From a virus: a DNA stretch of 12,099 nt. Below the pieces are notes generated by a model. It searched no databases and was not told the origin of the DNA. It saw only the letters and a list, made by a program, of their open reading frames with translations. This document shows, one piece after another, positions 1-6,674 of this stretch (the first letter of the stretch is position 1; each line of letters begins with the position of its first letter). A program made the position numbers and the translations under genes. The stretch lies in UHGV virus genome UHGV-1976345; one strand, 5' to 3'.

Positions 1-33
1 ACACTCTTTCCCTACACGACGCTCTTCCGATCT
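1..33. other. Illumina TruSeq adapter (technical sequence, not biological)
   Basis: Bases 1-33 read ACACTCTTTCCCTACACGACGCTCTTCCGATCT, identical to the 3' 33 nt of the TruSeq universal adapter / Read 1 primer site; genomic sequence starts at 34. Confidence 0.95.
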
Positions 34-236
34 CGCAGCTGCTCTGTCATGATTTCCACGTCTGCCAGCTCTGCCGCGAGGTCACTTTCGCTGCCCTGTC
101 CGTTCAGGTTGCGGGCAGCACTGGCCGCCAGTTCAGCGGCCTCTTCTGTCAGTTTCAGGGCCTGTGCATCCGGACCGAAACGCTGCAGGGCCAGACGGTA
201 GAGGGCGGTGCGGGTGAGTTCGGTGTTCCGTGTCAT
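12..236 (-). CDS. Hypothetical small phage protein, 3'-partial; possible all-alpha MazG-like NTP pyrophosphohydrolase fold
   Basis: ORF track 12..236 (-). ATG at 236-234 with GAGGG Shine-Dalgarno about 9 nt upstream. The last 7 residues (RDRKSVV) and the stop are encoded by adapter bases 12-33, so the true C-terminus lies off the contig. KLTEEAAELAAS and DLAAELADVEIM resemble the EExxE and ExxD helices of MazG/HisE-type domains (recollection, not searched). Confidence 0.45.
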   Translation of the reverse strand: MTRNTELTRTALYRLALQRFGPDAQALKLTEEAAELAASAARNLNGQGSESDLAAELADVEIMTEQLRDRKSVV

Positions 237-245
237 GCCGCGCCC

Positions 246-518
246 TCAGTGTTTCCGGTCGACGGTGATGTTCAGGCCGCCTTCTGCAGTGGTTTCCACC
301 CGGTACGGCACCTCGTGCTCTGCCGTGTGGGTGAGTGTGTTCATCAGTACCTGCAGGGCAGCCGCCTTTCCGTTGGTTGCCACAATGGCCTGAGCGGCCA
401 TGCTGATTAACGCCGTCAGGACGTGCTTCACATCGGTGAGGTCGCGGCATTCACACTCGTTGACATAGTGTTCAACAAGGGTTCGGGTGCGCTGTCGTGC
501 TTCCTGTGGGGTAATCAT
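246..518 (-). CDS. Hypothetical protein, 90 aa, phage early-region type
   Basis: ORF track 246..518 (-). ATG at 518-516 with GGGAGGA Shine-Dalgarno 7 nt upstream. Start overlaps the stop of the upstream zinc-ribbon ORF (ATGA) and the stop lies 9 nt from the next start, i.e. operon-style packing. No family recognised. Confidence 0.55.
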   Translation of the reverse strand: MITPQEARQRTRTLVEHYVNECECRDLTDVKHVLTALISMAAQAIVATNGKAAALQVLMNTLTHTAEHEVPYRVETTAEGGLNITVDRKH

Positions 519-709
519 TGCGCGTCCTCCCTGTCAGGGCGGGAGAATTCCATGACGGGCACGTCCGCCGAAAAATGCTGGCTGCAGTACGGACAGACCA
601 GGGTGACGCGTACCGCAGGGATGTGGTATTTACCGGACATCACGGCGATGGCGCTGTGAAAACGCAGGGCTGTTATATCCCTCTCGCACTGAATACATTT
701 AAATATCAT
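515..709 (-). CDS. Small zinc-ribbon protein, 64 aa, two CxxC motifs
   Basis: ORF track 515..709 (-). ATG at 709-707 preceded by AGAGGAG. Protein has C5-x2-C8 and C39-x2-C42 (CIQC ... CPYC). Family not recognised; Com-like and Ogr-like were considered but the spacing differs. Confidence 0.55.
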   Translation of the reverse strand: MIFKCIQCERDITALRFHSAIAVMSGKYHIPAVRVTLVCPYCSQHFSADVPVMEFSRPDREDAQ

Positions 710-806
710 AATTTAATTCTCCTCTGTTTCCGGCGTGCAGAAGCCCACGGCGCTGACGCCGGAATAAAAAAGAAAATGTTTTTATTAAATAATTAACGTG
801 GTGTGT

Positions 807-1235
807 TTACTGCACATCCTGCTCAAAAGGAATTATTGAAAAATCCTCAATGTCGCTTTTAATGGAAATACCGGGAATATTTTTCACGGCCTCTTTTTCA
901 TTCAGGATAGCGTCTTTATTTATTTCCTCTTTTACACGAATAAAGCGCTCAAGCCCCAGACGTCTCAGTAATTCAATAACATTATCCGCCCCACGGATAC
1001 TGACTGATGGCGGACGGTTTCGCCACTGCACCTCGCCGGTGGTGAGGTTAGCGAACTTCACCTTCCCGTTGCCGGTCAGTTCATCACGGTGCGCCTCACA
1101 CCATGTCTGGATACCGGACTGCAGTTCGGCCATGCGTTTTTTCAGGCTCTCGGTGACCCGGCGAAACATAAAACGGCGATCGAGGATGAGGTGGTTACCT
1201 TTGACAAATCGACAGGGCAGGCCAGACTGGCGCAT
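807..1235 (-). CDS. gam: Mu Gam-family host-nuclease inhibitor, probably 5'-truncated or with uncertain start
   Basis: C-terminal ~120 aa of minus ORF 807..1703 (WCEAHRDELTGNGKVKFANLTTGEVQWRNRPPSVSIRGADNVIELLRRLGLERFIRVKEEINKDAIL...GISIKSDIEDFSIIPFEQ) match the Mu Gam C-terminal region closely from memory. Stop TAA at 809-807. The nearest in-frame ATG is 1235-1233 with no convincing Shine-Dalgarno. Upstream of about 1250 the ORF is only the antisense shadow of the sheath gene. Confidence 0.7.
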   Translation of the reverse strand: MRQSGLPCRFVKGNHLILDRRFMFRRVTESLKKRMAELQSGIQTWCEAHRDELTGNGKVKFANLTTGEVQWRNRPPSVSIRGADNVIELLRRLGLERFIRVKEEINKDAILNEKEAVKNIPGISIKSDIEDFSIIPFEQDVQ

Positions 1236-1250
1236 CCGGTTGTCGCTAAT

Positions 1251-2327
1251 GTGGTGGTGAAAAACAGTGAAGGCAGCACCACCCACACGGCGAACACGGA
1301 CTACCGTGTTGATGCGCAGGCGGGTGTGCTCACGAACCTGGGCAAGGCTATTGAGGCCGGTGGCAGCGTGAAGGTGAGCTATGAGTACGCGGACCCGTCG
1401 AAGGTGACTGCGGCGGACATCATCGGCGGGGTGAACAGCGCCGGAAACCGAACCGGCATGAAGCTGCTTAACGACAGCTTCAACCTGTACGGCTATTTCG
1501 CCAAAATTCTGATTGCGCCGGTGTTCTGCACCCAGAAGAGTGTCGCAGTTGAGCTTATCGCCATGGCAGAGAAGCTGGGCGCGGTAACCTACATTGATGC
1601 GCCTGTCGGTACCACCTTTGCACAGGCTCTGGCAGGTCGTGGCCCGGAAGGCACCATCAACTTCAATACCAGCTCCGACCGCGTCCGTCTGTGCTATCCG
1701 CATGTGAAGGTATATGACCCGGTGACAAACACAGAGCGTCTGGAGCCGCTCAGCCAGCGTGCAGCAGGTCTGCGTGCCAGAGTCGATCTGGACAAGGGCT
1801 ACTGGTGGTCATCCTCCAATCAGGAGATTCTGGGGATCACCGGCGTGGAGCGCCAGCTGTCCGCGATGATTGATGACCCGCAGAGTGAGGTAAACCTGCT
1901 TAACGAACAGGGGATCACCACGGTATTCAGCAGTTACGGCAGCGGCCTTCGTCTGTGGGGTAACCGGACGGCAGCATGGCCAACGGTCACCCATATGCGT
2001 AACTTTGAGAACGTTCGCCGCACCGGTGATGTGATCAACGAGTCCATTCGTTATTTCAGCCAGCAGTACATCGACATGCCGATTACTCAGGCGCTGATTG
2101 ATGCACTGACGGAGTCGGTCAACGCCTACGGTCGCAAAATGACTGGTGATGGTGCGGTACTGGGCTTCCGTTGCTGGTTTGATCCGGCCCGCAATCCGGA
2201 GACGGAGCTGGCCGCCGGGCACCTGTTGCTGAGCTACAAATATACGCCACCACCGCCGCTGGAGCGACTGACGTTTGAGACTGAGATCACCTCGGAATAC
2301 CTGTTAACCCTGAAAGGGGGCAACTGA
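1251..2327 (+). CDS. Contractile tail sheath protein (P2 FI / Mu L family), 5'-truncated, start undefined
   Basis: Plus ORF 1089..2327. Sheath-like motifs run from about 1290 to the stop at 2325-2327 (VKVSYEYADPSKVTAADIIGG, LRLWGNRTAAW, CWFDPARNPETELAAGHLLLSYKYTPPPPLERLTFE). The conserved N-terminal ~100 aa of sheath proteins is absent, there is no in-frame ATG or RBS near the homology start, and 1089-1250 is antisense to gam. Confidence 0.85.
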   Translation: MVVKNSEGSTTHTANTDYRVDAQAGVLTNLGKAIEAGGSVKVSYEYADPSKVTAADIIGGVNSAGNRTGMKLLNDSFNLYGYFAKILIAPVFCTQKSVAVELIAMAEKLGAVTYIDAPVGTTFAQALAGRGPEGTINFNTSSDRVRLCYPHVKVYDPVTNTERLEPLSQRAAGLRARVDLDKGYWWSSSNQEILGITGVERQLSAMIDDPQSEVNLLNEQGITTVFSSYGSGLRLWGNRTAAWPTVTHMRNFENVRRTGDVINESIRYFSQQYIDMPITQALIDALTESVNAYGRKMTGDGAVLGFRCWFDPARNPETELAAGHLLLSYKYTPPPPLERLTFETEITSEYLLTLKGGN

Positions 2328-2848
2328 TGTCAAAGATTGAGATAAACCGCATCACGAATGCCAACATCTATCTGGATGGTACTAACCTGCTGGGACGGGC
2401 TGAGGAAGTTAAACTCCCCGATGTCTCCATGATTATGCAGGAACACAAGGCGCTGGGGATGGTGGGTAAGGTGGAACTCCCGGCTGGTTTTGACAAACTG
2501 GAAGGCGAAATCAAATGGAACAGCTTTTACCGCGATGCGATGCTGTCTGCCGCGAACCCGTACAGGTCGCTGGCACTGCAGTGTCGTTCCAGCGTCCAGC
2601 GCTACAGCTCGCAGGGGCTGATTGACGAAATCCCGCTGGTCACCTTCCTGACGATTATGTTCAAGAAGAACCCGCTGGGGACGTTCAAACAGCACGAGAA
2701 CGCCGAGTTCTCCAGTAGCTTCACCTGCACGTATATCAGACAGGTACTGGATGGTGAAGAGCTGCTGCAACTGGACTATCTGGCCAACATCTTCCGGGTC
2801 GGCGGTGTTGATCAACTGACTGACTACCGTATCAATATCGGGGGCTGA
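2327..2848 (+). CDS. Tail tube protein (P2 FII family)
   Basis: ORF 2327..2848, 173 aa. ATG overlaps the sheath stop (TGATG) with AAGGGGG upstream. C-terminal FTCTYIRQVLDGEELLQLDYLANIFRVGGVDQLTDYRINIGG resembles the conserved P2 FII-type tube C-terminus (recollection). Confidence 0.9.
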   Translation: MSKIEINRITNANIYLDGTNLLGRAEEVKLPDVSMIMQEHKALGMVGKVELPAGFDKLEGEIKWNSFYRDAMLSAANPYRSLALQCRSSVQRYSSQGLIDEIPLVTFLTIMFKKNPLGTFKQHENAEFSSSFTCTYIRQVLDGEELLQLDYLANIFRVGGVDQLTDYRINIGG

Positions 2849-2850
2849 CG

Positions 2851-3132
2851 ATGAGTGTTGAACTGACGGATAAAGGAAGACGATGTGCGGCACTGGGCAT
2901 GTCAAATGGTACGTGGTTTACCCTCCTTGATATTCCGGGGGTGGAAACCCTTTTTAATACCCGTAAAACCAATGACCCGATTGACTGCACACGTTCAAAG
3001 GCCCGCAAACTGGCGGATTTGATTGAAGCATGGGAGCCTCCCGACCACTGGTTCTCCGGCACCGGCAAATCTGAGGGAAAGACGCTTCTCATCGCTTTCC
3101 TGCGTAACTGCAAGGGGTTTCGCACTTGCTGA
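2851..3132 (+). CDS. Hypothetical 93-aa protein between tube and chaperone genes (possible moron)
   Basis: ORF 2851..3132. ATG sits 2 nt after the tube stop with GGGGG Shine-Dalgarno 7 nt upstream, and is followed by a hairpin terminator. No family recognised. Uses several rare codons (AGA, CGA, GGA, CTT), so coding status is not certain. Confidence 0.45.
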   Translation: MSVELTDKGRRCAALGMSNGTWFTLLDIPGVETLFNTRKTNDPIDCTRSKARKLADLIEAWEPPDHWFSGTGKSEGKTLLIAFLRNCKGFRTC

Positions 3133-3138
3133 CATCAC

Positions 3139-3165
3139 AGGGGCTCCGGCCCCTTCTTCTTAATC
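3139..3165 (+). terminator. Putative intrinsic terminator or attenuator
   Basis: Perfect 6-bp GC-rich stem AGGGGC (3139-3144) / GCCCCT (3149-3154) with 4-nt loop TCCG, followed by T-rich TCTTCTTAATCTCCTTT, 7 nt after the ORF93 stop. Confidence 0.45.
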
Positions 3166-3229
3166 TCCTTTAATATCCGTCACGCGCTTCTCCCGACATA
3201 CTGCCCTGAACTTACACAGGAGCACAATC

Positions 3230-3565
3230 ATGTCACAGACCCCATCCGATACTTTTAAATTGTCTTATCCCTTCACCACTGCTGCAGGCACCAGAATTGA
3301 GCAGGTTGAACTGAAACGCCTGACGGTAAAAGACCTGAAGCAGGTGCGCAAAATCAGCAAAAACCCGGCAGACTGGGACGAACCGCTGATTGCCCGCAGT
3401 ACTGGTCTTCTCCCGGAAGATCTCGACAATATGGATCTGGCTGATTACCTGCAGTTACAGAAACGATTTCAGCTCATCACGGGGATGGGTGAGAGCAACC
3501 AGGGCGCTGACGCAGGCGCAGGGGCTGCTGGCGAGATGGTTCCGGTTTCAGCCGGGGGAGATTGA
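3230..3565 (+). CDS. Tail assembly chaperone, gpE-like (P2 E / lambda G analogue)
   Basis: ORF 3230..3565, 111 aa. AGGAG 7 nt upstream of the ATG. Lies immediately upstream of the tape measure gene and has a Gly/Ala-rich C-terminus, as in E/G-type chaperones; an overlapping out-of-frame extension ORF is present. Confidence 0.8.
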   Translation: MSQTPSDTFKLSYPFTTAAGTRIEQVELKRLTVKDLKQVRKISKNPADWDEPLIARSTGLLPEDLDNMDLADYLQLQKRFQLITGMGESNQGADAGAGAAGEMVPVSAGGD

Positions 3566-3647
3566 TGCCCTCGATACTGACGATCTGGAGATGTGGCTGG
3601 AGCAGGCTGAAGAGCAAATAAAAAGCGAGTACGGCGACAAATCATAG
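3230..3647 (+). CDS. Putative frameshift product E+E' (tail assembly chaperone, long form)
   Basis: ORF 3390..3647 (codon starts at positions divisible by 3) overlaps the 3' end of E (codon starts at positions with remainder 2). Its last 30 codons encode an acidic, protein-like peptide (GEIDALDTDDLEMWLEQAEEQIKSEYGDKS) ending 75 nt before the tape measure start. A GGGGG run at 3554-3558, two codons before the E stop, is the candidate slip site. Offset is +1 or -2, not -1. Confidence 0.5.
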
Positions 3648-3652
3648 TACAG

Positions 3653-3673
3653 ACAGCCGCCAGTAGCGGCTGT
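3653..3673 (+). promoter_or_regulatory. Stem-loop between E' stop and tape measure start
   Basis: ACAGCCGC (3653-3660) / GCGGCTGT (3666-3673), 8-bp stem with 5-nt loop, followed by a moderately T-rich tract (TCTGCGTTATCCCC). The tape measure RBS GGAGG follows at about 3709. Confidence 0.3.
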
Positions 3674-3722
3674 TCTGCGTTATCCCCTCACGTCTTTTCA
3701 CCTTCCCCGGAGGTTAACCACT

Positions 3723-6674
3723 ATGTCGGGACAGTTTTCAGTCGGCGTTGTTATCGGCGGGATGATTGGCAGCACATTCCGTTCTGCAATGAGCGGTACC
3801 CGCCGTGCGCTTGATTCCCTGAGCGATACCTCACGCCGCCTGCAGGAACGTCAGAACGCTTTAACCCGTGCAACAGAACGTTATGGTCAACTGGGTTCTT
3901 CCCGGATGCAGCATCTCAACAGCGAGCTGCTGCGGGTAAGCCGCACCATGGAGCAAATTGAGCGCCAGCAGCGCCGTCTGTCAGCGGCATCCGCTACCAG
4001 TGATGCGCTGAAAGCTAACCGCATGGCGCTGTATGGTCAGGGGATTGAAGCGTATGGCATGGCACAGACTGTTTATCATACGGTTTCCCCTGCCGTTCAG
4101 CAGTCCATGTCTTTTCAGGACAAAATGATTGATATGTCGATCACCGCAAAATATGACAATAAAACGCGGGATGGACTTGCCGGACAGATAAAAGGCTGGG
4201 CGCTTAAATACAATCAGTATCAGGATGAGCTGCAGGAGGCGGTGGGTTCACTCATCAGCGACAATATTGATAATGTGTCAGATATCGGTTTTCTGATGCC
4301 GGATATTGCCCGCGCGGCAACGGCAACACGCACGTCTGCTCAGGACTGGGCAAAAGTGGCCGCAGTCTGGCAAAACTCCCTGAAAGGTGCGGCCAGAGAT
4401 TTTGGTGCCGTTCAGAATATTATGGCTTATGCCGGTGACCAGGGGTCATTTGAAATCCCGGATCAGGTCAAGTGGATGCAGTCCCTGGCCCCAATGATGG
4501 CGGGTATTGCCAGTGGAAAAGAGGCTGTTGCTGAAATCGGGGCCAGTCTCCAGATAGCAAAAATCGGTGCAGGTTCCACCGACGAAGCAGCCAATAATTT
4601 TAAAAACTTTCTTACCAAAATTTTTGCCCGCGATACTCAGAAACAGTTTGCTGATCTGGGTATTGATTTGCAGGGATCTATTGCGAGTTATAAAGCTGCG
4701 GGGATCTCTCCGATTGAAGGGATGTTGAGTGTTATAGAACGTTACCTCAATGCCAAAAGCCCCGAAGCGCTGGCCGGCTTCAAATCAGCCATGAAAATAA
4801 AGAATGATACGGCAAGAGATGAGGCACTTCAGGCTCTGGCGAAAAACTTTGGTCTGGGCGATATGTTCGCGGATATGCAGGTCATGGCATTTATCCGCCC
4901 GATGCTGGCCAACATGGACAGATATCGAGAGATCCGTGCCGGTGCTCTCAGGGCTGCGGATAACGATTTGCTTGCCAGTGCTTATGATCAGCGGCTGAAA
5001 TCTCCCCTTGAAGCCACTAAAACACTTATGGTCAGCAGTCGCGATCTGGCAATTACGCTGGGCGATCAATTAGCTCCATCTTTTATTTCTTTGACTCAGG
5101 AACTGCTTCCACTCATTCAGGGGGCAAAACACTGGGTAGCGACTCACCCGCAATTTGTCAGTGGGGCTTTTAAGCTCATCAGTGCGCTCCTTGCGATTAA
5201 GATAGCGACTGTTGGTCTCAAACTGGGGCTGAATCTCCTTATTTCCCCCTTTGTAAGTGTCTGGAAAAATGCTGTTTTACTTCGGGCCAACTGGCTTCGT
5301 CTGTCGCTCGCACTGGGGCAAGGCGGTAAGCTCCGCTGGCTGGTGACCGGATTTAGCGCCGTCGCCAGAGGAGCCAGAACACTGAGTGGCGTGCTCTCCG
5401 GGGGGCTGGTTCGCGGAATTATGCTCGCCGGACGTGCTGTTCTCTGGATTGGAGGTGCGCTGATGATGAATCCCATCGGTCTCGTTATCACCGCTGTCGC
5501 GGCAGCAGCTTACCTTATCTACCGCAACTGGGGGGCAGTCAGTGGCTGGTTTAAACAGCGCTGGGCAGACATTCAGGAAGCCTTTAACGGCGGCATTGTG
5601 GGAACTGGTAAGTTGCTGATTAACTGGTCGCCGGCAGGCCTGCTCTATAAAGCCTTTGCGGCTGCGCTGAAATATTTCGGCGTTGCTCTGCCGGCAAAGT
5701 TCACCGACTTCGGTGGCCATCTTATCGACGGTCTGATTAACGGTATCAAAAACAAATGGGGGTCGCTCAAATCCAGTGTAACCGGAATGGGTGACAGCAT
5801 CAGTAGCTGGTTTAAACAGTGCTGGGCTGACATTCAGGAAGCCTTTAACGGCGGTATCGCGGGAACTGGTAAGCTGCTGATTAACTGGTCGCCGGCAGGT
5901 CTGCTCTATAAAGCCTTTGCAGCTGCGCTGAAATATCTTGGTGTTGATCTGCCGGCAAAGTTTACCGACTTCGGTGGCCATCTTGTCGATGGTCTGATTA
6001 ACGGTATCAAAAACAAATGGGAGTCGCTCAAATCCAGTGTAACCGGAATGGGTGACAGCATCAGTGGCTGGTTCAGCGAAAAGCTGGGCATTCATTCGCC
6101 GAGCCGCGTGTTTATGGGCTTTGGTGACAATATCGCGCAGGGGGCCGCCATTGGCCTGCAGCGGACCACTCCGCTTGCAGCTCTGGCCGGGCAGCGAATG
6201 GCCAGTGAACTGCTCCCCAGAATGCCCGTGAGCATCCAGGGGCCAGAAATACGGGATAACACTTCAGGTGTTCGCTTCAGTATGCCGTTGCCCGATATCA
6301 ATGGGTTTATGTCGTCTGCTAAAAATGCGATCGGAGCCGTAATCAATAGTTTGTCTTCCATGCCCGCTATTCCGCTCTCCACCCGGGCATCGATTTTACC
6401 AGGGCAACGTCTGGCAAATGAGATGACACCGGATGTTCCCCGTATCCCCTCGCCTGAAATCCTGGCTGCCGGATATTCAGGCCGTGGTGCAGCTGCAACC
6501 GGCGGTGGAACGTCTGGTGGTATCCAGGTCAGCTTTAATCCTCAGTTTTTCCTCAATGGCAGGGAAACCACAGCGCCTGCAGGACTGACTGGTGCCCTGA
6601 ATATGAGTCTGCATGAGCTGGAAAAAATGCTGGAGCGTCTGCTGGCTCAGAAACAACGTAAGGAGTACCGCTGA
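3723..6674 (+). CDS. Tail tape measure protein (P2 T family)
   Basis: ORF 3723..6674, 983 aa. Position after the E/E' pair, Ala/Gln-rich helical N-terminal region, long hydrophobic Gly/Ala/Leu-rich central segment (about residues 480-600) and an internal tandem repeat are all typical of tape measure proteins. GGAGG 9 nt upstream of the ATG. Confidence 0.9.
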   Translation: MSGQFSVGVVIGGMIGSTFRSAMSGTRRALDSLSDTSRRLQERQNALTRATERYGQLGSSRMQHLNSELLRVSRTMEQIERQQRRLSAASATSDALKANRMALYGQGIEAYGMAQTVYHTVSPAVQQSMSFQDKMIDMSITAKYDNKTRDGLAGQIKGWALKYNQYQDELQEAVGSLISDNIDNVSDIGFLMPDIARAATATRTSAQDWAKVAAVWQNSLKGAARDFGAVQNIMAYAGDQGSFEIPDQVKWMQSLAPMMAGIASGKEAVAEIGASLQIAKIGAGSTDEAANNFKNFLTKIFARDTQKQFADLGIDLQGSIASYKAAGISPIEGMLSVIERYLNAKSPEALAGFKSAMKIKNDTARDEALQALAKNFGLGDMFADMQVMAFIRPMLANMDRYREIRAGALRAADNDLLASAYDQRLKSPLEATKTLMVSSRDLAITLGDQLAPSFISLTQELLPLIQGAKHWVATHPQFVSGAFKLISALLAIKIATVGLKLGLNLLISPFVSVWKNAVLLRANWLRLSLALGQGGKLRWLVTGFSAVARGARTLSGVLSGGLVRGIMLAGRAVLWIGGALMMNPIGLVITAVAAAAYLIYRNWGAVSGWFKQRWADIQEAFNGGIVGTGKLLINWSPAGLLYKAFAAALKYFGVALPAKFTDFGGHLIDGLINGIKNKWGSLKSSVTGMGDSISSWFKQCWADIQEAFNGGIAGTGKLLINWSPAGLLYKAFAAALKYLGVDLPAKFTDFGGHLVDGLINGIKNKWESLKSSVTGMGDSISGWFSEKLGIHSPSRVFMGFGDNIAQGAAIGLQRTTPLAALAGQRMASELLPRMPVSIQGPEIRDNTSGVRFSMPLPDINGFMSSAKNAIGAVINSLSSMPAIPLSTRASILPGQRLANEMTPDVPRIPSPEILAAGYSGRGAAATGGGTSGGIQVSFNPQFFLNGRETTAPAGLTGALNMSLHELEKMLERLLAQKQRKEYR
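5547..6068 (+). repeat. In-frame tandem duplication (2 x 261 bp) inside the tape measure gene
   Basis: Copy 1 at 5547-5807 and copy 2 at 5808-6068 both begin TGGTTTAAACAG; about 17 mismatches over 261 bp (roughly 93% identity by hand count). Encodes two 87-aa units, WFKQ(R/C)WADIQEAFNGGI...GMGDSIS(S/G). A third unit starts at 6069 (TGGTTCAGCG) then diverges. Confidence 0.9.

Noticed and set aside
730-762. Inverted repeat CCGGCGT ... ACGCCGG in the AT-rich spacer between gam and the zinc-ribbon ORF
   Set aside because: The 7-bp stem has a 19-nt loop and no downstream U-tract on either strand, so it is not a credible intrinsic terminator. It may be a protein-binding or promoter-region element but I cannot support a specific call.
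133-796. Alternative-frame ORFs in the early region (133..450 -, 208..393 +, 423..659 +, 518..796 +)
   Set aside because: They overlap the three minus-strand genes that have good Shine-Dalgarno sequences and coupled stops and starts; compositions are Arg/His/Cys-rich.
1089-1250. 5' extension of the sheath ORF to a GTG at 1089
   Set aside because: This stretch is the in-register antisense of gam and shows no sheath-like sequence; the ORF finder start is not biological.
807-1703. 298-aa minus-strand ORF read as one gene
   Set aside because: Only its C-terminal ~120-145 aa are Gam-like. The N-terminal ~150 aa are the in-register antisense of the strongly supported sheath gene; it is a composite across the junction.
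2832-3125. Minus ORF 2832..3125 (97 aa) antisense to ORF93
   Set aside because: GTG start, no RBS, Arg/Ser-rich composition, and it would be transcribed against the tail operon. The plus-strand ORF93 is better supported but still uncertain.
3160-3229. Sigma70-like promoter upstream of E (TAATAT at 3171-3176)
   Set aside because: No acceptable -35 hexamer at 16-18 bp spacing. Late promoters in P2-type and Mu-type operons are activator-dependent and cannot be called from a -10 alone.
5277-6095. Minus-strand ORFs inside the tape measure gene (5277..6095, 5645..5833, 5906..6091, also 4785..5069, 5144..5491, 6092..6382)
   Set aside because: Antisense shadow ORFs, repetitive only because they lie over the tape measure tandem duplication; Pro/Ser/Arg-rich junk composition, no RBS.
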